64,000 nt of DNA from Vitrella brassicaformis CCMP3155 (GCA_001179505.1 CDMY01000405.1:310001-374000); one strand, 5' to 3'. Shown: positions 24,561 through 37,848, counted from the first letter of the stretch. Notes: a model not told the origin generated them from the sequence alone. A program made the numbers and translations.

Positions 24561-26699
24561 ATGGCGCCATGTTTGTGGATGCTGTGTGCATTGCTTGCAT
24601 GCATTCAATGCGCCCGTGGGTCGGGAGGCGATGCGAAGGCGCCTATTTCCTTATTGACACAGGTACAGTCAGTACAGTTGCATGTGTCCTGGATGGCGGC
24701 CTGCTATCGTGTGTGAGCCATCAGGTGGACGGCTCCCTCACGAAGCTGGTACAAAGCTTAACAAATGAGGGGCGCAACCACGCGAAATCGGCGGGTGACC
24801 TCTAACAATGGTACAGAACGCAACGAGTGGCAGTGCGTGGAAGCTCAGGTCTCTCAACCCCCTGGATGTGTCTACAGGTGCCAGCGGCGGCAGGCCGCAC
24901 TCCAAGCCAAGATCCAGCAGCACGCCCACACTCTCGCGGCCCTCAACAAAACCCTCATTCTCCGCTCGGCAGCTGTCGACAACGCCGCGGAAGCCGCGGC
25001 TGGTATCCGCGAACAAATGGCGGCATTGAATGCTCGACTTCGTAATCTGACGGCCACGCAAGCGGCTTTATTGCAAGCCCACGATGCAGACGCCTTCAAG
25101 GTGCACCGGCAGATGGACGAGATCGCTCGGGCGGCGGAGCTTTCCGCTGGAAGGATCCTGAAGACCAATGCCTCACGCCACATCACTGCGGAAGACCCTC
25201 TCCATATCGTGGCGCTGAGCAGGCTTGAGGATAAAAAGCTGGCGGCCTTGAAGTTGACGCTCGACAAAAGCCTTAACGACTCTCAGGCCGAGCTCAACGC
25301 AACCATGAGCCTCCAGCATATGACCCTTCACGAGCTGCAGATGAACCTGACACGGCTCAATGCAAAGCTGGAGGTGGAAGCCAAGATGCTCGCTTCGAAG
25401 AAGCAGCTGGCGGCTGTCATGGAGCACCAATTTATCTGGACAAAGCGGGTGATGGACGTCGAAAAGACTCTCTTGGAGCGCATCAAACAGAGCTGCGACT
25501 TCATCACCGGTGCAGGGATGGCCCTGGCTGCACAGCGAAAAGAGGAGATCGATCAACTCCGCAGAATCAAGCGGGCGATTGCAGACGATATGACAGAGAT
25601 GAAGCCTCGGCCGGCGACGGTCAGCCTACTGCAGATCCAGCTGCACATCGAGGCCGCCAGCAAGAGCACAAGCAGCACAGCGCCTGACCACCTGACGCTC
25701 GCCAAGGCCACTCTAGAAAAGCTGATACAGAGACGCGTGTCTGATATCGGGAACGCTCAGGCTGCGACGGATGAGAGGGCGGCTTCCTGTTGGAAGGAGC
25801 GTGAGCGGTATTTGGAGGAGGCTACGCTGCTGCAGAGGGAGATGGCTCATCTAAAGGATCAGCTGATAGAGGAAACAGCCGACTTGAGAACCCTGAGGGC
25901 CGCCCTTGTCACCACCGAACAAGACCAACACGAATTGGAAAAAGAAGCCAAAGTGGACCGCAGCCACTTCTCTGGTGCCCTGTCTCGGCTCTCTCACGTG
26001 CAGAAACACCACCAGCTAGCCGCCGGGGTCCTCCAACAAATGGCCAAGTATGTCTCCAGGTCCGCATCTCTCACGGCCACTCGCCTCGACAAGAAAGCCG
26101 CCGCCTCCACTGCTCTCCGCACTCATGCCGAGGCGCGACAAAGAGCCCTCATGACGAAAGCAAAGGCCACAACTGCGCTCATCAAGTCGTCCATTTCGGC
26201 GGTCGATGCGTCGACATCCTCACTCGAGGCATCACTTGAGACGGCAGGGAGGCTCTTGGATGAGGTCTATGCTGCCGGCCATTCTGTAGTGTCTGAGCAG
26301 CGACGCATGGCTGGCCATTTGAGGGATGCTATCGGGGCTCAGAAGCTTGTCATCGAAGCGACCAAGGCGGCCATCTTGGACCGAAGCGGCCAGCTGGAGG
26401 AGTGGAAACATACATCGGCGGCCACTGAGGCAGACTGCAGCGATGCTGGCGAAGAGAAGGCAGCGAGCACTTCCCTGGCCACTCAGGAGACACAGCGACT
26501 GCGGCACGTGCTGGACATTCTCTCCGGCAAAGCAGCCACTGATGAAGCAAGCACTCAAACAAAAAGGCCACCTTCTTCGGGGAAGGCAAAGACGTCACCC
26601 ACCACGCCGCAGCAAGGTGATAGCACTTCTCCGGCACTGGCTGTCGACTCTGTTGACGACGCTCTTGCTGCCGCCGCTAGGGAGATGGATGTCTATTAA
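24561..26699 (+). CDS. Secreted long coiled-coil protein with many N-glycosylation sequons; frame break near the N terminus
   Basis: Signal exon 24561-24662 (MAPCLWMLCALLACIQCARG), acceptor 24724, stop TAA 24803-24805, then a 644-aa heptad-rich ORF in another frame. Sequons NGT, NKT, NLT, NAS, NDS, NAT, NLT in its first 200 aa. Confidence 0.7.
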
Positions 26700-27219
26700 G
26701 GGACAAACACGGAGAGAGTGTGTGGCGTGTGATCGCAGACAGACATGAAGACGAGAACGAGCGAGTGACGACGATGCAGGTGTGGTGTGGTAGTGATGTC
26801 AATGTCGGTTCTCTGCACAACTGACTGATTCTCTCAGACTCTTGCGCGTCCGTGACGCATTGCATTCACACACATAGATTACCTACATAAAAAGACACAC
26901 TCCACACATTGATTGATGCCGGCCCTTCGCACCCACAAAACATGAACGCTATCGATACCACACACCAACATCACACTATCTGCTCCTAAATGGGTCACAA
27001 AGACCGCCCAACCAACAAAAAAGACGAACCACACTAAAGAGGGCTGGCGAAGAACTGCGGTCCGACAAACCAATGACGACCGCTCGCTTCGCCAGTCAAC
27101 AACAGAGACGCACTCAACTCATCCACACGGCTTCCCCATGCCCAGGCCCCTCCCAACGCATCTCGTAGTGACAAACTCATTTGGCCCCACCCTCACTGAC
27201 ACACCCACCCACCACCCAC

Positions 27220-30200
27220 TCATGCACATGGTTTGCCGTCACAGAACCGTGCACAAATACCACTGCACCCAAGCCTATCCTCCTCTGTGTCGCACTCATC
27301 TAGCATCGACAGTGCGTCACACGTCTTGCAGTAGGCCGTCGAGTCCCTCTCACACTCCGGGCAGCCCGTGTTGGTGTGCCGCTGCTCTGAGTTTTCCTCT
27401 GAGAGGACCACAAAACTGCCAATCACCCTCGGGTTCATCAGCGTCTCCTTAGCTTTGATGCCCAACACGCGCTCTACACACACACAGAGAGAGAGAGAGA
27501 GAGAGGGAGAGAGCGAGATGGTGGCTGATGCATATAACTGGATCTGTCACGCCTCAGCAGAACTTACCACGATGGTTGTCGTCACTGTCTTGCAGAGGTC
27601 GTTGAGAGGCCCCGTCTTGGGCCTCTTCTGCCTGTCCAGCTGGCGGCCACTGCAAGACCTCGATCTTGTCCGCCTCAGGCTCAGGAACCTCAGGACCAGA
27701 TCCCCACCTGCAGCACAGCACCCACGCAAATGAGGGGCTCGTCCTCGTATGCCTGGGTGTGCACTTGAGTGTTGTGCATGTGCATCTGTCTCCCCCTCTC
27801 TCCGTCCGCCTACATGAATGCCTGACACGACGGCACGTCCGACTGGATGCTTTCCGCGTCGTCGGAGGCCATGTCATACCGACCCGACCCGTCGACCGCC
27901 GTGAGATTGACGTATGTGTGCAGCGGCTCGATCAACCCCCAGCCCCGAGGCGACACCTCTGCCACGACGCCGAAGTGATTGGCAGCGAAGAGAGACAAGC
28001 GGCTCTTGTCGGGACTCCTGACATTGTAATCAATAACCAGAGTGGCGGAGCGGGCATCCGACGCGTTGCGCATGAAGTCAGTGAAGGTGCGATGGAGACG
28101 AGCAGGGATCTGCAGGGTCCGCTGAGTGGCTCCGTAATTGTGGGGAGGCGCCAGGGCGGTCAGCCACACGCACTGGCGGGCGAAGGAGTGGCCTGCGGGC
28201 ACTGCGTCGCCAAACCCCGCAGGGCACTCTCTGAGCCATGGGAAAAAGTCGCAGCCGGGCCGGGTCATGTTGCCAGCTACTCCCTTCCATATGTTTTGGT
28301 GGAGGATCCACCCCTCGCCCTCCCACTCAGCCGTCACGCGGTCGATCACATAGTCTGCCAGCTCGTCCTTGTCGGGCGGCTCCTCCGCCGTCACCACAAA
28401 CGCCTGCTGAAACTTGCCATCTTCCTCGGCTGTGTTGGGCTTGGTCATGATCGTCTTGAGCGCCTGAACGACATCCATGAGAGGACAGATGAATCCATGG
28501 ATGCACATGAGCCAGTGTTCGACGCTGCCTCACTGACCGTGTATGACGCGGCTCCGCTGGACGTGTTTCTGAACGCCTCCACACGGTAGCGCGGCACTGC
28601 CCCAATGCTGTCGACCTCCTCGTCGGCGCTGCTGATGAGGTAGAGGGTGGTGCTCAGCATCACAAATGTGGGCTGCAACTCTGGTGGGCCCCTCCTCCCC
28701 CGACACACGGTGCGTTTGGTATCGTAGATGGGCTCGAGAAAGACCCGCAGCTCGTTCGGCGTGCCGGTGAGCTGCCACATCTCGTCTTGCGTCTGCGAAG
28801 CAAGATACACGACACAGCAATGGTCAGACGGCGCTCTCACTCTCTGTCCGGTGCATGTTCTCTTACGATGGGTGCTCCCCATTTGGCCCAATCGTCCTGC
28901 AAGTAGCGGGCACCGGATGCAGACGACTCGCTCATGGCATCCCCATCTGCCCCCAGCAAGCGGGCATTGACGTCCTCCAGAGTCAAATCAGCGTGCAACC
29001 CTGATAAACAGGAGACATGAATGACACACGATATTGCAGTTCGTCAGTAACTCAAATGAACCCACCGGTCAGGGGGATGTTGCCGAAGCTGTCAGAGCCA
29101 TTGAAGTAAAGGATGCTCTCGTTGTACCTCTTCAAAGCGTCCTCGAAGGAGAAGATCTCGAGCTCATCTGCCGGCATCACGCGCTCTACCTCGGCCTCCA
29201 GGTAACTCAGCAGATGACCTATGTCGACGGGATTGGCAATCTCTCGGCTGAAGAGCAACAGCTGCTGCCCTCGCAGGCTGTCGTCGGCCCTCTGATAAGC
29301 CGTCCGGATGCGGTCGATCTCCTTTGTCTCGACGCAATCGTGCAGTCGTTCGGTCAGCGTCTTCTGGCGTTGTGCGAAGGCCCGGCGGAACTCCAGGATC
29401 TTGGAGAGGTCGACAATGGCCAGAGTCATGAGGCGCTGGTTGCGCACGTAGTAGTCCATCGTCGCTAGAGCGATGCCTCTAGCGTGCTCGAATGGCGGGG
29501 TCGCCTTGCCATCCTGTGTTGGCCTCACGGACCTCCAGTCCCAGCCAGGGCCGCTGACAAGGGTCTCGCTGCCTACATGCAGTGGACAACGAGGATGACA
29601 AAGCCCCACACAGCCACGTGGTTCTGTCCATTACCGAGAAAGAAGTGTCCGTGGGCCGACAGTGCAGCAGTGACCCATATGAGCTCATAAGGCATGCGTC
29701 GAAAGACAGCACATCAAAAGCGGAAACCGTCGGGCATCCCCGCGTCCTGGATGCCGTTCTGACGGGAAACACGACCAGGTCACTCATTAGAAGGGCCCCC
29801 GAAGAGGTCATTTGATGGGTGCTGGTGTCACTTACTCTGATGCTTGTCTCTAAACCGAAGAGGCTCATCACAGAAGACCTGTCGCCATTGTGAACGTCGC
29901 CTCCAAAACTGCACAGACACACACACTTGCCGTCTTGAGATATCAAGAGTGCAGCCGGCTGATCTGTTATGTCACCCTTTTCGGCCGGCGCCGTGATCCC
30001 AGAAGGTGAGCGCATAGTGCTCGGCAGGGAAGTCCTTCAAGCTGTTAGAGATGAACTCCCTGAGCACTTTGCCATCGTCCATGTTGGCCTCGCCCCAGTC
30101 TTGCTTGAGCAACCAGCGGCGCCGGCTGGTGCTGTTCTCGTTCTCGTAGGGGTCACCGATCATCAGTAGCTCGTATGCCCCGGAAAACTGCTGCCTTGCC

Positions 30201-31422
30201 TGGGAATGAACCGTCGTCCGTCTGCGTGTTTGTGAGGATGGCTGTGTGTGCGTACCTCTCTAGCGTTGACCTCTGGGGTGACACTTGGACAGATGACAAG
30301 CTCGTGTACGGCTCGATGCGACGAATCGTCGATCTCAGGGTCGGCGCGATCGACGAGCACGAGCAGATTGATGTCGCCCTGGGGGATCTGGAGCATCTCC
30401 TTCAAGTCACTCATGGCATAGCTCTCCAAGTTGTTGTCCTGATGACAGCCGCACACATGCACACACAAACAGCTATGAGGGAGGGGAGAGCGAATGTCCC
30501 TATGCCATTCTCACCGCATTCATGTAGACGAGGTGCGTCCAGTGGGCCTTCCTCCTGCTCTCGAGGCGCTCAGCTACCCCCGCACAGAAGGTGGGCGGCC
30601 TCAGTTGGTACTCCCACCTGGGACTGTCGCATTCAGGCAACGTATACGGCTCGCCAGCTGTCGACTGGTCTGTACAATTCTCCCTTGGATGGATGTGGCA
30701 CGTGGGTTTGTCGTCTGATGACCGCTTGCGGCAGTCGTCGACGCACCGACAGCCGCCGTTGGTGAAGACCTGCTCCTCGCTTCCCTCGACACACGCGTCG
30801 TAGTACTGGCCAAGGGTGGGCCCCAAACACATGCATGAGCCCTTGCCGCAGTCCTCCTGCTGAACTATGCAGAACCACTCCAGGCCGGGGATGCTGAGGC
30901 CTTCCTTCTGACAGCTTCTCTCGACGCATCGACAACCGGTGAGCGAGAACAAGACAGCCTGATGGGCCAGCTCCTCTGCTTCATCCGCCGCACCGATTGA
31001 CCCGATCACAGCTGTCGAGTCGCACGCATCAATGTACTGGCCGAAGATCGGCCCCTGGCACCGGCAGCCGCCAACGTTACAGTCTTCTTTCTCGACGCGG
31101 CAGTAGAACTCCAAGCCGCAGAATCTCCTCTTCTTGGCATGTTTCGTCGATGCATCGGCAGCCACTGACCGAGAGGAGCACACTCTGCTCACCCTCAGCG
31201 CACTCGTCGTCCTCGCACTGGCCTTGAAGGGCTCTCCGCAGTGATGAAGATGTGGAGAGCGACGGATCTGAGTCAAACACAGCACAAACAAAAAACCGGA
31301 GACAATGACTGTTTGCTGATTCAAAACAATTCCTTACTCCTTGTTTGAGATGGCTCACCATGGGATCTCAAGCACAAAACGGCAGCAGCAATGAGGGAGA
31401 CCGACGCCACAAGACAAAGCAT
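27220..31422 (-). CDS. Secreted clostripain-family (MEROPS C11) cysteine peptidase with Cys-rich repeats; three apparent frameshifts
   Basis: Signal MLCLVASVSLIAAAVLC; DNNLESYAMSDLKEM..NLLVLVDR; GEANMDDGKVLREFI..FPAEHYALTFWDHGAG (catalytic His); FDVLSFDACLM (catalytic Cys); GSETLVSGPGWDW; IVDLSK; NPVDIGHL. Frame breaks at about 31118, 29716-29719 and 29664. Confidence 0.8.
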
Positions 31423-31659
31423 GAAGGATGAATCATGCCTGTCCGACTCTGCTGCCGTCCCGCGTGCTGGGCGGCCATGGCAACGAATCATGAGTTGGAG
31501 TATCAGCAGTAGCTCGGGGTAGCGAGTAGGAATGTGACGAAGGGAAGGAGCATTCAGTTGACGATGGACACGCAAGCTTGGGTCCACAAGATCGCACTCA
31601 TGTCTCGTAGATCTCGCCTGTGTACCAACGAACGTTGACCCGACTTAAGGCGCTTCTCA

Positions 31660-32090
31660 ATGGTGCTGCCGTTCGCTTCATCTCCATCTCCATCTTCTCC
31701 GCACACACCAGCCGCCGCCCGCTGCGGTCAGCCACACGGGATCCGTCAAGCAACGCCGGGGCACGATGCACCATTGCCGCACAAGCAGATTGGCATCGGC
31801 ATCATCGGATGTGGCCGCATCGGCCGTCTGCACGCTCACAACATCTCCAGACACGTCTCGAAGGCGAGGCTGGTTGGCCTCGCAGATCCCTTTATCGAAA
31901 AGGGCGATATGGAGTGGGTGAGGGAGCTGGGCAGCCCACTCACGTACACCGACTACAGGGACTTGCTCGCCCATCCAGATGTCGACGCCGTCTTCATCTG
32001 CTCGCCGACCACCACGCACGCCGAGTATCTCATTGAGGCGGCCACGCTCGGTACGTCAGGGGAAGGGGTGCGTGTCGGCATCTGCATGTG

Positions 32091-32122
<32 letters not shown>

Positions 32123-32886
32123 CAGGCAAGCATGTGTTCTGCGAGAAGCCCATCGACTTGCGAATCGAGCGCACAGAGGAGGCGCTGACTGTGGCGCGAG
32201 AGGCTGGCATCGTCCTGCAGGTGGGCTTCAACCGGCGATTCGACCCCTCATTCGCCAACGTGAGGGAGCGATGCAAAGCCGGCGAGATCGGCCAGATCGA
32301 CATCATCAAGATCACCTCGAGGGACCCCGAGCCGCCCCCCATCATGTACATCGAGCAGTCCGGCGGCATCTTCGTCGACATGAGCATCCATGACATCGAC
32401 ATGTGCAGGTACATCGCCGGCAGCGAGGTGACGGCCGTGCAAGCAGCGGGCAGCGTGCGGGCAGACGCCGCCATTGGCGAGGCGGGCGACGTCGACACGG
32501 CCGTCCTGATGCTCTTCTTCGAGAACGGCGCGATGGCTGTCATCGACAACAGCCGCCAGGCGTGCTACGGCTACGACCAGCGCATCGAGGTGTTCGGCAG
32601 GCTTGGCATGCTGCGGGCAGAGAATGACACGCCCACACGTGTCGAGAGCTTCACCGGGGCCGGGTGGCAGGCGGACAAGCCCCACTGGTACTTCCCGCAG
32701 AGGTTCGAGCGTGCCTTTGTGAGGGAGGTGGAGGCGTTCGTCGATTCGGTGGAGAGGAGGGCGGCGCCGATGGTGGGCGGCGAGGACGGCCTTGCGGCCC
32801 TACTGATAGCACAGGCCGCCAACCAGGCATTGCGGCTGCAGAGAAGGGTCGTGATTGATGAGATCATGGAGCAGAAGGCTGCGTAG
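31660..32886 (+). CDS. myo-Inositol 2-dehydrogenase (IolG-type Gfo/Idh/MocA), copy 1
   Basis: GIIGCGRIGRLH, CSPTTTH, GKHVFCEKP, VGFNRRFDP, TSRDPEPP, SGGIFVDMSIHDID, DNSRQACYGYDQRIEVFG. One intron 32051-32125. Confidence 0.9.
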
Positions 32887-33779
32887 AGAGGGAGGGGGTG
32901 GGGGGGAGGACCGGGGGAGGGAGGGAATGTATTTATGGCGTGTGTTTTGTCTGTCTAGTTGCGGTGAGGTTCGTCCATTTGACTTGCCTAGCTGATAGAA
33001 CTGTAATGGAATGGCCGCCTTCTGTGTCGAGGGGTAGTTGGCTCGCCTTCTGTCATCGGGTTCGTCTCTGCAACGCAAGGTAGGCAGCGTGGTACGATGC
33101 TGGTTGCCTGTCGTGGCGTTGACGGGGGAAATGACAGAAAGCGAGTCAGCGGAGGGGCAAGCGCCAAATGGTGTATGTATTACACAGAAGAAGAGAGATG
33201 ACGGCCGTTGGGTGTGGATTGCATTGCATTCATGGCGTGGCGTGCGTGTGTACTGTCGATACGTATGTGTGTATCTGTCTGTCTCCCATCGCATGTATAG
33301 CGACTGTTTTGGGGGGGAGTGACGACACATCTGCCCTTCCGTATTGGTTTGATGTCACTCGTTTGCAACTCTTGTCTAGATAGATGCTACTTCTCGGCTG
33401 GGAGCTGTGTTTTGTGATCACAACACACAAGATGGCAGACTGCTTCCTTGTGAAGAAATGTCTTTGGAATGCTTCCATGGTGCCGTCATTCGTCACTCAG
33501 CCAGCTATAAGCACTAGGAACAACGTCAATTCCCCACAAGAGTCCCTCACAAAATGATAGAACAGCGTCCGTACCGCGCACGCGCAGGACGAACCATCCC
33601 GGACGGGCAGCCACAAATGCGGGACACACAGATCTCTGAGCCAGTCAGCCACCAACGGGAACACACTCACTCGACTGGTCCCCCATCGTCACGCCCACTG
33701 ACGCCCACTGACAAATACACACACATTCCATCCCTCCCTCCCTCCCTGACTAGCAGCGGCTTCACCCAGATGGGCAGAC

Positions 33780-34918
33780 CTACGACGCGGCCTCCCGCGA
33801 GAGCTTGATCTCGTCCACTCTCACCACCCTCTTCTCCCTCATCGAAATGTCGGCCGCCAGCGCCACTCGCAGGGCCGTGAGGGCATCGGCACCGCTCACC
33901 AGGGGGGCGCTGCGGGTCATCACAGCATCCAGGAACGACTCGGCCTGCCGGAGCATCGACTCAGGGAAACGCTGACAGATCGACAGGGCGTATTACAGCA
34001 TGCACAGGCATATGATGAGCTATGGCGGTGGGCTGCTGTCCTGTCTTCTGTTGTGCGTACCTCTCTGAACCAGTAGTGTGGTTTGTCGGTCAGCGTGCCC
34101 TCGCTCTTGACGCTCTCGACTCGTGTGGGCGTCTCGTTGAGTGCGCGCAGCATGCCCTTCCTACCGAAGACTTCCATGCGCATGTCGTAGCCATACACCG
34201 CCTCCCTACTGTTGTCAATCGAGCACAGCGCCCCGTTCTCCAGCCACAGCGTCACCACACACGTGTCAATATCACCGGCCTGCCCGATGGCCTCATCCAC
34301 ACGGACCGCCCCGGCGGCACACACCGCCTCGATCTCGCTGCCGGCCACGTAGCGGCACATATCAAAGTCATGAGCCGTCATGTCGTGGAACAGACCGCCC
34401 GATGACTTGATCCAGTCGATAGAAGGGGGCGGCTCCGGGTCTCGCGACGTGATCCGCATGATGTCCACTGTCCCGATCTCCCCCGACCGGTACCGCTCCC
34501 TCACGTTGGCGAATGAGGGGTCGAATCGCCGGTTGAAGCCCACCTGCAGAAGGACGCCAGCCGAGCGAGCCACTTGCAAGGCCTCCTCGGCGCCCTCGAG
34601 GGTCATGTCGATGGGCTTCTCGCAGAAGATGTCCTTGCCTTCGCGGGCGGCCTCCTTGAGTAGGGGGCCGTGGGTATCGGTGGTGGTGCAGATGTAGACA
34701 GCTTTGACCTCAGGGTCAGCAATGACGTCCTTGTAGTTGCTGCTGAGCTTATGAATGCCGAGCTCCTCCAGCCACTCACGGTGCCTCTCGATGAATGGGT
34801 CGGCCACGTGGATGACTTGGCATTTGTCACGCAGCCGGCAGAGGCTGTTGAGGTGCAGTCTGCCGACTCTCCCAGTGCCCAGCAGGCCCAAACCCACACG
34901 CTGCTTCTCAGGCGGCAT
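33780..34918 (-). CDS. myo-Inositol 2-dehydrogenase (IolG-type Gfo/Idh/MocA), copy 2
   Basis: GLLGTGRVGRLH, GKDIFCEKP, VGFNRRFDP, TSRDPEPP, SGGLFHDMTAHDFD, DNSREAVYGYDMRMEVFG. One intron 34060-33972; last exon RFPESMLRQAESF..EAAS*. Confidence 0.9.
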
Positions 34919-35198
34919 GCTGAGAGGAAACCAATCCGAGAAAACAGAAAGGACTGCAAACAAACAGGCACGATGCGGGCACGACGGACTCGAAGGCTTT
35001 TGAGGAAAATGGCACGTCCACGCCGAAGCGCGAGCTTCAGCTCGCGAGGGGCCCTAAGAAGCGGAGATTGAAGTCATTGCAAACGAACCGACACGGCTAC
35101 GCAGGGACGATTTGCAAGCTGTAACGTTCATTCATGTAGATATGCCCCGTTAATCACTCGTCTGTCGGTCCCTCTCCCCCTCGCTGTCAGTGACTAGC

Positions 35199-36442
35199 TC
35201 ATGCAGGCTGAGGCTGGCCGCCTGAGAAGAGCCCCTTGACCTTCCGGCCGAACGACTTGATTTTGTGCAGCACGCCCTTCTTCTTCTCGACCTGCACCCA
35301 TCCACGCAGGCACATAAAGAGGATGGCTCCACATGTGTCGTGTGCGTGCGGCTGACCTTGGGTAGTTCGGGCATGGCGATTGGTGGCTGCGTCTGGGCCG
35401 CACGCAGCGACCTCTGACGCTCCTGCAACACCTTCAGCTCGGCACACGGCTGCATATCACACACACAGAGACAGAGACAGCCCAGCCAGCGGCTACATCA
35501 TGATGCGTGTGCCGTGTGTGTGTGTGTGTGTGTTCTACCTTGTCTTGTGTTTGAGGGTTGGCCAGCTCCTTTGCCGCCTGGTCGCTCTCGTCGGGGATTG
35601 TGTGCAGCAGGGCGGCTGGTGGGATGGCCTGCACAATCAACTGACCGTCACGCCCTTCGCTCACTGACACAAAGCACACACACACACACACACAGACACG
35701 TGGCGCGTCTCTTGCTTTCCTTCGGTCTCTGTCTGTGTGTGTAATGGATGCCTGCTTTTAGTTGGCACGAGTGAGACGACGACAGCCGATTGTTTGGTGG
35801 CAGTGATTGGGTTTGTTGCGACGAGCGCTCGGAGGTCTTGAATGTCAGCGGCCAGGTCGGTGAGCTCTCGGTCGGCCTGTGCCCTGGCGACGGTGGCGGG
35901 CGACACCTCGCCACGCAGCTCGGCCGTGCCTCGCAAAGCCTCCACCAGCTTCTCCTTCTCCTCCACCTGCATGGCATTGCATTGCATACACGTGGTGGAA
36001 GGATCGAAGACATCGTATACACACACAGAGCAGAGACGTGAAGCAAAGCAAAGCAATCAACTCTCTGTCTGTCTGTCTGTCTGTCTGTTGTGTGACCTCA
36101 GCAGCGGTCTGTGCCACCTTTTCGTGCAGTCGTCGCTCCTTCTCGTCGTAATACTCTGCACACATCGACAACCACACACACATAATCACACAAAGCAGGT
36201 GTGTTCGTCCACTCACCCTCTTCTTGTGGTGGCAGTTTGGTCTCGGCGGCAGGTGCAGTGGCGACAACAGGCACGGGCGGGGCGGAGGGGGCGCTGGGCT
36301 GCTGGGCGGGAGGGGCGAGCAGCTTCTCAACGAGACCAGGCACCAACCGATGGGAGCCACCGCACGCAGGCTGGAGACTGACGAGGAGACCAACCACCAC
36401 CGTCACTGGCCAGCCGACACGCACGGAGGCCGTCATCGTCAT
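35199..36442 (-). CDS. Secreted/membrane hypothetical protein with coiled-coil segments
   Basis: Hydrophobic leader (WPVTVVVGLLVSLQPACGG), exons EYYDEKERRLHEKVAQ, VEEKEKLVEALRG.., KKGVLHKIKSFGRKVKGLF. One junction unresolved. Confidence 0.6.
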
Positions 36443-36660
36443 CGTGTGGCAATAGACTGACTCAACGAGTCACCGAATGAGTGAGTGAGTGAGTGAGTGA
36501 CTCGCTGATCGCTGACTGTTGACACGCTGTACTGTTATAATTAGAACACACAGTCGATCATGTATGTACATGTATAGCATGTGAAGACACACGTACACGT
36601 ACGTCTGCTGACAGACGTACACGCAGAATGCAATCGTGCACGGATCCACACGACAGTTGT

Positions 36661-37280
36661 CTATGCCCTAGTGAAGTCCATCAGCAACGTGACCTTCTCC
36701 CTCTCATTGTCGCCCCACCAGTGGTTCGGCCACCGATAGAACTCAAACGCCGGCAGACAGAACGGCGGCAGGGCCAAATTCACCTCTCGCCAGCCGCCCG
36801 GCTTGCCCAGGTCCCGATTGTCCACGCACTTGCGGTGCAGCGTCGTAACATTGCATCTGTCGTTGGTCATGAGGGCATACTTGTACTTGTATCGGCCGTC
36901 GTGAGCAGTGAGGTGGTTGGCAACGAACTGGTGCACCATCGGCGTAGGTAAGTGCTGCAGCACATCCTTGGACATCAACAACTGCAACAAACAGCAGCCA
37001 GAAAGAGAGTTCGAGTGTGGAAATGGTCTCCTTTCTTTGTCGGTCAGCTCACGTCTGCAGGAGGCAGGTTGTCCTTTTCCAAGATGCTCCTCGCATGGAA
37101 AGTCCTGTTGTGCGCGGCGTGCAGCTCCTGGTTGCGAGCAATGACGGACGGCACCACGTCCACACCGGTGTATTGCTCTACTGGGCCCCAATCCACAAAC
37201 TGCGTCCACTCCCTGAAGTGCAATGTCGGTAGCAAGGTACATGGCGAGTGAGGACTCTCTCTCTCTCTCTCTGTCTGTGT

Positions 37281-37318
<38 letters not shown>

Positions 37319-37848
37319 CGTACCAGTCGCCACATCCCGCATCAACGACTGATTTGATGTCCTTTTGACGCAGAAAGTCTTCCAGCTGCAGGCGAAAGTT
37401 GTCTGTAGCTTCCTTGGTGCTGCCCGCGCCGCTGTGCCCCTTCCCGTCCTTGTTTCTTCCCCAGGCAGCCGAGCTGTAGATGAACGAGAAGGCGCCACGC
37501 AGCGCATTGGTCTCCTCCGGCTTGATGGCAGCTTGGTCCGCCCCACTCGTGCCATCAGAGGGCTGCTGGACAGGCTGACCATTCTGCTGCTGTTGCTGTT
37601 GTGGGCAGACGGGACAGGTGAACTGAGGAAAAATGACACCATCGACGATGCTCAGGAATTGTCCATAGATCTGGCCCTATTGTGCTTACGTTGTACAGGT
37701 CCTGATCATTAGCATCTACCCTCACTAAGCGGCTGCAATCGCAGTTGTAATTCAGGCCGGTCCATCCCTGCCGCAGCAAAGATGCGTCGATGAAGATCAC
37801 CAACACAACGGCCGCAAGAAACAGGAGTACGGCTGACCGCGCCTCCAT
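36661..37848 (-). CDS. Type II membrane-anchored class I SAM-dependent methyltransferase
   Basis: TM MEARSAVLLFLAAVVLVIFID; spliced FSFIYSSAAWG..SGAGST..FLRQKDIKSVVDAGCGDW (motif I), YTGVDVVPSVIARN (motif II), LLMSKDVLQHLP, YALMTND, WREVNLALPPF. Confidence 0.85.

Noticed and set aside
27666-28589. Long antisense or shadow ORFs (also 1924-2697, 42307-43167, 48205-49008 and others)
   Set aside because: They overlap real exons on the opposite strand or in another frame; high GC suppresses stop codons, and THTHT/CVCVC translations come from intronic microsatellites.
29714-29716. Selenocysteine or TGA read-through in the C11 peptidase
   Set aside because: Read-through would translate CAVFRRMPYEL in place of the conserved DVLSFDACLM, destroying the active site; indels explain it better.
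31660-34918. Bacterial contaminant contig or operon (iolG pair)
   Set aside because: Both genes carry spliceosomal GT-AG introns of the local (GT)n style and sit among eukaryotic genes.
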